Of a stretch of 29,350 bases of DNA, positions 8,291-15,082 are shown in pieces. The translations under genes and the position numbers were made by a program. Positions within the stretch are counted from its first letter, which is position 1. Every line of letters begins with the position of its first letter. The DNA is from Nostocaceae cyanobacterium (GTDB lineage: Bacteria; Cyanobacteriota; Cyanobacteriia; Cyanobacteriales; Nostocaceae): assembly GCA_035299225.1 (NCBI GenBank), contig DATGXB010000239.1:1-29350 (forward strand), given 5' to 3'. The notes beneath the pieces were generated by a model. That model had not been told where the DNA came from and did not search any database. It saw only the letters and a list, made by a program, of their open reading frames with translations.

Positions 8291-10162
8291 TTACTTTTGG
8301 CCAAACTTTGGTACAGGCCAGGTTAATTCACAAATTGTACCTTGAGTGGGTAAAGGCGATCGCCTAAATTTTCCTTTCAACTGTCGAGCTAAATTTTGAG
8401 CTTGTTGTGTTCCTCTCCCTTCTAACCCAAAGTCTACACTTTGCCCATTATCTGTAATTCTCAATGTATACCAGTCTTTTTGACAGGTACAGATAACATT
8501 TAAGCGAGTGACACCAATAGCATATTTCCCGACATTACACAAAGCTTCTTCTAAAAATCGGCATAATCCCCGCTTTTGCTCAATTGTTAAGTGCTGGGGT
8601 TCAATAGGTTCAAAACTGCGGACTTTGATTTTGAGGGTTTTAAAACAGGGAAAATCTCGCTCTAAGGTTTTAGTATAAACTTCATAAAGAAGCTCATGAA
8701 TTGGTGTTTTTAAATCAAATTCTATACTTTTTCCTAAATAAATACTCTCATTTTGAGTTAAGGTTTCCCACTTCATATACTCATAAACCGCCCGTAATTC
8801 TTGATTGAGGTGTTCCAATTGGGAAACGAGTTCAGAAGCTGGTAAATCCTCTTCTCTAGCGTTTCTGATCAGGTGGGAAAGAGTTTGTAATGGTCCGTTG
8901 TGAACGGTATCAAATGTATGTTCAATAATTTGTTGTCGTTCTTGAATTTGTAACTTCAAATTGCGGTCATATTGATAAAAAGCCGCTAAACCAATACCAT
9001 TAAAAACTAAACCGAATAAGGCTGGTATTACTGGTATCCACCAACCCCAAAATATGGATAAATAGCTAACTATAATCAGTCCAACACTAGCAACACTAAT
9101 GAGCAAAACATTCTTGCCAGGAGAGGAAATCAAGCGACTACAAATAATCCCGACTATGCCCCAAGTAAATATCCATAAATATTCCCAGCTATCTGCCCAA
9201 GTTTGCAAAAGGGGTCGTTTTTCTTGTACTGCACTGATAATCTGACTCACGGCATGAGCTTGAATTTCTACTCCATAAATTTGCCCAGGGCTAGGATTTT
9301 CAGAGGGAACAGCAGATGTATTAATAATATCTTTTGCACTAGGGGCAGTCATGCCAATAATCACAATGCGATCGCGCAACCAACTAGAATCAAATTCACC
9401 GCTTTTAATCTGCTTCAATGACAGGGTGCGAAATCGTGAGCGACCACTGCGGAAATTAATTAATGTTTGTAATCCGCCTGCATCAGCATTTACATATCCC
9501 CCAGAATTTGGTACAAAGCGGGGTAATTCAGTATTACCAAATCTCATTGTATCTAAATCTTTAATTCCATTATCCAGATTAATACCTTCCGGTGCTAAAT
9601 AAGCTTTAGCTAAAAGTATAGACAAAGAAAATCTGTATCCTTTATCAGTTTGTGTTGACAACAAACTGCGCCTTAAATGACTGTCTGCATCCAATATCCC
9701 ATCAGCAAAACCAACTTGTTCTGATGGTAATCCTGCTGGTGGTTCAATGGTATCTATGACAACTTTATCAATAGCAATTAGGTTTTTAAAACTGCCAAAT
9801 ACAGATAATAATTCATAATAACCAGGCTCAACAGGTAAATTTCTGATAATATCCAGACCAATAACTCTAGGTTTATGTGCTTGCAATTTAATCAACAATT
9901 CTGCTAAATCTATATCTGGTACTGGATGCCTACCTATACTTTCGAGGTCTTCTTCATTAATCCCAACAATTGTAATTCGTTCATCAATAGATTCTTCAGG
10001 ACGTAACCGCAGAAAGTTATCTAAAGCTTGCCATTCTAAGTATTGTAAATATCCAGTTAAACGGGTTAAGATGACCAAGCCAATCACGATAATTCCTGGT
10101 AGTATTTCTACTAGCCAATTAGCCATTACCGCTTTTATTTTTACCCCAGTTTTAGTTTTCAA
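8291..10162 (-). CDS. CHASE2-domain sensor histidine kinase (HisKA_3-type, NarL-partner class)
   Basis: An N-terminal TM helix precedes a CHASE2-like extracytoplasmic region (ITIVGINEEDL...HPVPDIDLAELLIKLQAHKPRVIGLDI). Three to four TM helices follow, then the H-box region HTFDTVHNGPLQTL and an ATPase-like C-terminus (ITDNGQS...GRGTQQ). The start is uncertain: TTG at 10162 or ATG at 10126. Confidence 0.85.
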   Translation of the reverse strand: MKTKTGVKIKAVMANWLVEILPGIIVIGLVILTRLTGYLQYLEWQALDNFLRLRPEESIDERITIVGINEEDLESIGRHPVPDIDLAELLIKLQAHKPRVIGLDIIRNLPVEPGYYELLSVFGSFKNLIAIDKVVIDTIEPPAGLPSEQVGFADGILDADSHLRRSLLSTQTDKGYRFSLSILLAKAYLAPEGINLDNGIKDLDTMRFGNTELPRFVPNSGGYVNADAGGLQTLINFRSGRSRFRTLSLKQIKSGEFDSSWLRDRIVIIGMTAPSAKDIINTSAVPSENPSPGQIYGVEIQAHAVSQIISAVQEKRPLLQTWADSWEYLWIFTWGIVGIICSRLISSPGKNVLLISVASVGLIIVSYLSIFWGWWIPVIPALFGLVFNGIGLAAFYQYDRNLKLQIQERQQIIEHTFDTVHNGPLQTLSHLIRNAREEDLPASELVSQLEHLNQELRAVYEYMKWETLTQNESIYLGKSIEFDLKTPIHELLYEVYTKTLERDFPCFKTLKIKVRSFEPIEPQHLTIEQKRGLCRFLEEALCNVGKYAIGVTRLNVICTCQKDWYTLRITDNGQSVDFGLEGRGTQQAQNLARQLKGKFRRSPLPTQGTICELTWPVPKFGQK

Positions 10163-10166
10163 CTTC

Positions 10167-10844
10167 TTAATCTATTAATCCTTCTTCTCTAGCTCTTTTT
10201 TCAGTTTGAATGCGAATATTTTTCCCTTCTTCGGGATAAACCCATAATACATCCTGTACTTTAGTCCAGTAGTGCCTTACCATCCGTTCAGATACGTGCA
10301 TCCGTTCAGCGATCGCTTTATCTTGTAATCCTTCTTCAAATGCTAAACTTAGTAGAGTCAGCCATTCTGGTTTTACTTCTAATCCAGCTTGTACAGCTTT
10401 AATGTCTCTTGTATAAGTCAGTCCCCGTAATGCCCAGTCAAGCCGGATTAATATTTCTTTACGAGCCAGACTTTTATCAGCAACAACAAATCCCCCTTTA
10501 TGAGAATCAATATTAGGTATAGTTCTAGCTAAAGCTTTAATGTAGGTACTTTGCACCATGAGATTAAGAGTAGGATAATTTTTCATTATGTTTTTTAACA
10601 ATTGAATACCTATTTCAGCTTTTGCAAATTCTCCAGCCTTTTCTGGGATAGAAAGATCCATAACCACAAGATCCGGTTTGACATTTTCTATTTGTTCAAT
10701 AGCTATCTGTGCCGTTTGTGCGGTAAAAATTGCACTTTCTGGATACTGCTGTTTTAATAAATTCAGTGTTCCATCTAGCAATAATTCATGATCATCAATT
10801 ACAACAAATCTTAGTTTAACTGGTTTTGGTAAATCTTGGTTCAT
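10167..10844 (-). CDS. response regulator, receiver + LuxR/NarL-type HTH
   Basis: Receiver motifs VVIDDHELL and DLVVMDLSIPE are present. The C-terminus has the HTH LQDKAIAERMHVSERMVRHYWTKV. I prefer the ATG at 10844 (MNQDLPKPVKLRF) over the TTG at 10877. The stop lies 4 nt upstream of the kinase ORF. Confidence 0.85.
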   Translation of the reverse strand: MNQDLPKPVKLRFVVIDDHELLLDGTLNLLKQQYPESAIFTAQTAQIAIEQIENVKPDLVVMDLSIPEKAGEFAKAEIGIQLLKNIMKNYPTLNLMVQSTYIKALARTIPNIDSHKGGFVVADKSLARKEILIRLDWALRGLTYTRDIKAVQAGLEVKPEWLTLLSLAFEEGLQDKAIAERMHVSERMVRHYWTKVQDVLWVYPEEGKNIRIQTEKRAREEGLID

Positions 10845-10895
10845 TGTCGGTTTATAAATAAATATTAAGGGGGACAAGTTGAAGCATTACAAATA

Positions 10896-10998
10896 CAGCA
10901 GGGAACAGGGAACAGGGAACAGGGAACAGGATTGAAAGTCTCTTTGTATAAAGGTTTGTTCCCAAAATTTGTACCTCATTTACCTGAAACGGGCTGTA
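10896..10998 (-). repeat. 103-nt dispersed element ending in (CTGTTCC)x4, copy 1
   Basis: The reverse complement matches 27544-27646 at 98 of 103 positions by manual alignment. The element ends 51 nt upstream of the response-regulator ATG, in the same orientation as that gene. Confidence 0.85.
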
Positions 10999-11101
10999 TT
11001 TACAAATTTTGACATTTAGATAGAATAAACTATTATTATCAAGTATAATAAAACATACAAAATAAAAAACGTCAAGATACAAATCAATAATAACTAACGT
11101 C

Positions 11102-11206
11102 AGTATGTATAGGGTGGGCATTTTTCGCTAAAACACTGATCAGCAGCAGAAAATTTGAGGAAATGCCCACCTCAGTATTTTTCAAAAATCAAATATGAAT
11201 CCTATT
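11102..11206. repeat. dispersed inverted-repeat element (GGGTGGGCATTT ... AAATGCCCACC), copy 2
   Basis: An 11-bp stem (11112-11123 with 11161-11171) has the flanks agtatgtatag and tatttttcaaaaatcaaat, which are shared with 1255-1353. Confidence 0.6.
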
Positions 11207-11232
11207 ATCTCGCAAATATGCAATACAAAAAT

Positions 11233-11874
11233 TTACTTCAATTGTTGCCATCGCACAATATAAACCGGAACTCGTACCCAAAGATTATTTTGATCAGGTG
11301 CTTTAACTGTAATTACTTTTTTCTCCCCTGGATCAGCTTCAATCCAAATATTATTACCAATATATCCTAAAGTATGAATACCATCTTGAGTCACAGCAAT
11401 ATCTCCTGTTTTAATCTGAGAATGGTCTAACTCATTAATACTATTAGCCGCTAAAATTCTTTGAGTTTTATTGCGATAACCTGCCCCTAAAGTTTCAGCA
11501 GAAGCATCAAACCACCAAATAGAAAAACCCTCTCTAATTAACTTTGGATTCAGAGAAATTAACCCATATTTAAAATTAGCATTTACTAATGCTTGTCTCA
11601 CCAAACCTGAACAGTCAATCCCAACCCTATTTTCTCCACCCCAAACGTATTGAGTGCCGGTAAAAGCTTGCATTTCGGCAATATAATAATTTCTGAGTGT
11701 TATTGTGTCGGGTGTATGACCTGGTAAAATGATAATTAAACCCAGAATCAAAGTAATAAATAAAGTAAAAAAACGGGCGTTGCTGATTTTGGGGATGAAA
11801 ACAATTTTGCATACATTGAAAACCCTTGTAGAGACGTTCCATGGAACGTCTCTACACTCAAAAACATCCCGCAC
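11233..11874 (-). CDS. NlpC/P60 (C40) family cell-wall peptidase
   Basis: The motif YVWGGENRVGIDCSGLVRQAL (catalytic Cys) is present, with a downstream His (DGIHTLGYIG). The N-terminus has a TM-like helix FFTLFITLILGLIIILPG. The only start in frame is a GTG at 11874, inside or adjacent to a palindromic repeat, so the true N-terminus is doubtful. Confidence 0.75.
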   Translation of the reverse strand: MRDVFECRDVPWNVSTRVFNVCKIVFIPKISNARFFTLFITLILGLIIILPGHTPDTITLRNYYIAEMQAFTGTQYVWGGENRVGIDCSGLVRQALVNANFKYGLISLNPKLIREGFSIWWFDASAETLGAGYRNKTQRILAANSINELDHSQIKTGDIAVTQDGIHTLGYIGNNIWIEADPGEKKVITVKAPDQNNLWVRVPVYIVRWQQLK

Positions 11875-12074
11875 TTATGCAACACCAAAAAACGAATAAT
11901 CTGATATGACCAAAATAAAAATAATGCTCCAAATAATAACCAGAGAAATAATCCCACTGTCGCTAAACGCAAAATTCCATAACTAATGGGATAAAACAGC
12001 AAAATAATTAGAAAGAACCAAGACCAACACCATAAATATACTAAATAACGACGTTTAACATTTTTGAAAATCAT
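11748..12074 (-). CDS. membrane ORF, possibly the displaced N-terminal part of the NlpC/P60 gene
   Basis: 108 codons. The first ~70 residues form two or three hydrophobic helices. The last ~35 residues run through the palindrome at 11827-11856 and overlap the NlpC/P60 ORF in another frame. Confidence 0.35.
   Translation of the reverse strand: MIFKNVKRRYLVYLWCWSWFFLIILLFYPISYGILRLATVGLFLWLLFGALFLFWSYQIIRFLVLHKCGMFLSVETFHGTSLQGFSMYAKLFSSPKSATPVFLLYLLL
11827..11856. repeat. perfect 30-bp palindrome (tgtagagacgttccatggaacgtctctaca)
   Basis: The sequence is perfectly self-complementary around a central CCATGG. Palindromes of this kind, translating as ...VETFHGTSL / ...DVPWNVST, are common small repeats in Nostocales genomes as far as I recall. 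Confidence 0.8.
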
Positions 12075-12226
12075 GTAATCATCCGCTAATTTTGATAAAA
12101 TCTTATTATCCCTCTGCGCCTTTGCGCCTTTGCGTGATACTTCATCAGTAAATACTAAAATTTGGGAAATCTATCAATTTTTGCCAAGTCGTTGTATCCT
12201 CAAAATAAGAGTTAAACTTTTATTTT

Positions 12227-13114
12227 ATGTCTGCGTCTCAAAAGTTACGAGAATTATTAGCACGTCCAGAAATTATCATTGTTCCTGGTGTTTATGACTG
12301 TCTGAGTGCCAAACTAGCCGAACAAGCAGGATTTGAAGTTGCTGCTACTAGTGGTTTTGCGATCAGCTACGCTGGGCGTTTCGCCATCGCTGCTTCAACT
12401 TTGGGTTTACCAGATTATGGTTTTCTCACCGCTACGGAAACCTTCTACAGTGTAGGGCACATCGTTCAATCAATCAATATACCCTTAATTGCAGACTTAG
12501 ATACAGGTTACGGTAACGCTTTAAACGTGATGCGAACCGTGAAAGATGCGGTTAGATTAGGACTAGCTGGGGTAATTTTAGAGGATCAGGAATGGCCGAA
12601 AAAGTGCGGACATTTTGAAGGTAAACGGGTAATTTCCAGCACCGAACACGCAGGAAAAATTCGTGCGGCTGTAGAAGCCAGGGGTGATAATGAGTTAGTG
12701 ATTATTGCGCGGACTGATGCCAGAGGGGTGTTAGGATTAGAAGAAGCCATTACTCGCGGACAATTGTACATCAATTCTGGTGCTGATGTGTTGTTTGTAG
12801 AAGCACCCCAATCTTTAGCAGAATTACAAACCATCATCTCTGCATTCCCCAACACCCCCCTAGTGGCTAACATCGTCGAAGGTGGGAAAACTCCCGAAAT
12901 TTCCACCGCAGACTTGCAAAAATTAGGTTTTAAAATCGTCTTTTTCCCCTTAACTGCTTTGATGGCTGCAACTCAGGTAATGAGTGCTTGTTTTCAGCAT
13001 CTCAAACAACAGGGAACAACCGCTAATTTTCCCGGCTTGATGGAATTTCGAGACTTTCAAGAATTAATGGGAGTTCCCCAATATTTGCAACTTGAGAAAA
13101 AATACCGAGAATAG
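12227..13114 (+). CDS. isocitrate lyase / PEP mutase superfamily enzyme (PrpB / carboxyvinyl-carboxyphosphonate phosphorylmutase-like)
   Basis: Family motifs are PGVYDCLSAKLAEQAGF, TSGF, DTGYGN, ILEDQEWPKKCGH and IIARTDA. Substrate specificity cannot be determined from sequence alone. Confidence 0.85.
   Translation: MSASQKLRELLARPEIIIVPGVYDCLSAKLAEQAGFEVAATSGFAISYAGRFAIAASTLGLPDYGFLTATETFYSVGHIVQSINIPLIADLDTGYGNALNVMRTVKDAVRLGLAGVILEDQEWPKKCGHFEGKRVISSTEHAGKIRAAVEARGDNELVIIARTDARGVLGLEEAITRGQLYINSGADVLFVEAPQSLAELQTIISAFPNTPLVANIVEGGKTPEISTADLQKLGFKIVFFPLTALMAATQVMSACFQHLKQQGTTANFPGLMEFRDFQELMGVPQYLQLEKKYRE
12359..12390 (-). repeat. HIP1-flanked 24-nt mini-repeat inserted in frame inside the CDS
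   Basis: The reverse complement gcgatggcgaaacgcccagcgtagctgatcgc matches the intergenic unit at 19059-19090 at 28 of 32 positions. It encodes the extra residues in TSGFAI-SYAGRFAI-AAS. Confidence 0.75.
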
Positions 13115-13230
13115 TTTTAAAGTAATCCTAAAGAATACCACACAAAAAAGATAATATCCATTAAAATTTAAGGTGATTAAATCTCGGCTAAATTCAACCG
13201 ACAATATAAATCATCATTTAAACCAAAATC

Positions 13231-13878
13231 ATGGTTAACTCTCCACCGATTATAGAAACAGTCCTTACCGATGAATGGGTGAAAGTAACTTGGGAAGACT
13301 TTCTGACTTTTGCCGACGATCCAAGTTTAAGTAATGGTAAATTTTATTTTGATGAAGGCTATATGATGATTGAAATATCTCCCCTTGGTTCAGCACATGG
13401 ACAAGTTCATTCAATAATTGCCAATTTAATTATTTTGTATGCTGCTATTAAAAACATTCCCATTAAAAGTTTAATTAATACCAGTTTTAGAAAATTTGGA
13501 ATTAGGGGATGTCAGCCAGATATCGCCTTTTATATTGGAGATAATTGCACTTTACCACCTTGGAATAATGCACCTGTAGATTTAGATCGGATAGATGCAC
13601 CCAGTTTAGTCATAGAAATTGCCTCCTATTCCTTAGAAGATGATTGTAGTCGTAAACAAAAACTTTATCAACGTTTGGGGGTGAAAGAATATTGGGTAAT
13701 TGATGTGAATAAAATGCGAGTTATAGCTAATAATTTTATGATTAAAGAAGGTAGTTTAATTACTGAATCCAAGGTTTTACCAGGATTAGAAATGAAGTTA
13801 ATAGAGTTAGTTTTACAAAAGTCACAAACTGAAGATGATAGTACAATCAATAGATGGTTGTTAGCAAAATTTAGTTAG
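13231..13878 (+). CDS. Uma2-family (DUF820) restriction-endonuclease-fold protein
   Basis: The motifs CQPDIAFY and PSLVIEIASYSLEDDCSRKQKLYQRLGVKEYWVIDV fit the D...E.K plus Y..GV.EYW.[IV]D signature of Uma2 proteins, which are abundant in cyanobacteria. Confidence 0.8.
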   Translation: MVNSPPIIETVLTDEWVKVTWEDFLTFADDPSLSNGKFYFDEGYMMIEISPLGSAHGQVHSIIANLIILYAAIKNIPIKSLINTSFRKFGIRGCQPDIAFYIGDNCTLPPWNNAPVDLDRIDAPSLVIEIASYSLEDDCSRKQKLYQRLGVKEYWVIDVNKMRVIANNFMIKEGSLITESKVLPGLEMKLIELVLQKSQTEDDSTINRWLLAKFS

Positions 13879-13887
13879 GGTTTATTC

Positions 13888-14487
13888 ATGTCAACTTTAA
13901 CAAATGCTTTAGATAGGATTTTCAATTGGTTGCAAAACCACAAACCGGAATTTTCAACCAGTTTTTTACCAGGGTTAACTTTAGCAGAAATAGAAGAAAA
14001 ATTACAAGCTTTACCGTTTCGTCTACCTCAAGAAGTTTATGATTTATATCAGTGGCGAAATGGAATGCAAAATGATGAAATGATTTTTGTTTATCACTAT
14101 TTTTTAACTTTAGATCAAGCGATAGAGTTGGCGTTAATGTATCCTGATAATTATGGTTTAAATAGTGATTTCTTTAAACAACATCGCCAAGCAGAAGGCT
14201 ATCCAAGTTATGTTTTTCCTTTATTTGAATTTGAAGGAGAATATTTTGCTGTTGGTGCAAATACCACAGAGTTAGAAACTTATCCTGTATTTCATATTCA
14301 TCACGGTGAAACTTTCGCTTTTACCAGTTTAACTAATATGATTTTGACTATCGCCGAATGTTATGAAACAGGAGTTTATACAACTACACCTGATGGTGAT
14401 TTTGAATTAGATTATCAACAGTTTGGTGCTATTCGGCGTAAATATAATCCAGGTGCAGCAGAATTGATTTATGCTGATGAGAAATAG
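13888..14487 (+). CDS. SMI1/KNR4 (SUKH-1) family protein
   Basis: The N-terminal pattern LPGLTLAEIEEKLQALPFRLPQEVYDLYQWRNGM is typical of SMI1/KNR4 domains. The gene starts 9 nt after the Uma2 gene. Confidence 0.6.
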   Translation: MSTLTNALDRIFNWLQNHKPEFSTSFLPGLTLAEIEEKLQALPFRLPQEVYDLYQWRNGMQNDEMIFVYHYFLTLDQAIELALMYPDNYGLNSDFFKQHRQAEGYPSYVFPLFEFEGEYFAVGANTTELETYPVFHIHHGETFAFTSLTNMILTIAECYETGVYTTTPDGDFELDYQQFGAIRRKYNPGAAELIYADEK

Positions 14488-14523
14488 AGTAAAATTTGAT
14501 TTGCTCAATTTCCACCAACTTTT

Positions 14524-14581
14524 AACCTTTAAGGTAGAAGTTCCGAGCTTTAGGGTAGATCGTTCAACCTTTAAGGTAGAA
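14524..14581 (+). promoter_or_regulatory. three direct repeats CTTTARGGTAGA phased at exactly 21 bp
   Basis: The repeats are aacctttaaggtagaa (14524-14539), agctttagggtagat (14546-14560) and aacctttaaggtagaa (14566-14581). They lie 35-90 nt upstream of the predicted -35 box. Confidence 0.4.
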
Positions 14582-14614
14582 CAATATACCTTATCCCCCT
14601 CATCTCCTCAAGCT

Positions 14615-14643
14615 TTGACGACGGGAATAATTTACAGTATAAA
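14615..14643 (+). promoter_or_regulatory. sigma70-type promoter candidate TTGACG-N17-TATAAA
   Basis: TTGACG at 14615-14620, a 17-nt spacer and TATAAA at 14638-14643. A GGTGGGAG Shine-Dalgarno-like run lies just before the ATG at 14684. Confidence 0.5.
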
Positions 14644-14683
14644 GATATGCATCAAGCAAAATCAGATCGGGTGAGGTGGGAGC

Positions 14684-15082
14684 ATGGACCCTTTGAGTGC
14701 TGGAGCAGTAGCATTTTCAGCCTGGTTATTTAATAAAATCATTGACTGGACAGCCGAAAAAGCCTTAGATGCTGGTGCATCAGGTGTATTACAGTTAATC
14801 AAAAGCAAGTTACCGACGGCTAAAGTGGTGGAAATGGCTGCATTACCACCCAGTCAGCGAGAGGACATTGGGGAAGCGGTTTTAATTGAAGAGGTGAAAC
14901 AAGCAGCAGCGCAAGATGAAGAAGTGCGAAAAGCTGTAGAAGATTTAGGGAATGATGTTCAAGAAGCGGCAAAAACCAACCCTCAACTACAGGGAAGCTT
15001 CAACACTTATTATCAAAACTGTAAAGGCATTGTTGGCAGCAATACTTTTAACAACTCCACTATAAATATTACTAACAATTGA
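14684..15082 (+). CDS. helical N-terminal module of the downstream STAND NTPase (Bell/effector-like), ending at an in-frame TGA
   Basis: A good promoter and SD precede the ATG. The first helix is hydrophobic/amphipathic (MDPLSAGAVAFSAWLFNKIIDW), followed by an acidic helical region and an N/Q/G/S-rich tail. The frame is the same as that of the NB-ARC ORF. Confidence 0.6.
   Translation: MDPLSAGAVAFSAWLFNKIIDWTAEKALDAGASGVLQLIKSKLPTAKVVEMAALPPSQREDIGEAVLIEEVKQAAAQDEEVRKAVEDLGNDVQEAAKTNPQLQGSFNTYYQNCKGIVGSNTFNNSTINITNN

Noticed and set aside
10852-11121. 89-codon ORF, with its look-alikes at 27484-27669 and 27413-27772, sharing the peptide [32 protein letters not shown].
   Set aside because: The shared peptide is just the translation of the 103-nt dispersed element with its heptamer tail. 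The similarity ends at the element borders.
15080-15082. Selenocysteine (or another recoded residue) at the in-frame TGA of the NLR-like gene.
   Set aside because: I saw no obvious SECIS-like hairpin directly downstream. The position is in a linker rather than a redox site, and cyanobacteria are not known to me to use selenocysteine. A nonsense mutation or low-level read-through is more plausible.
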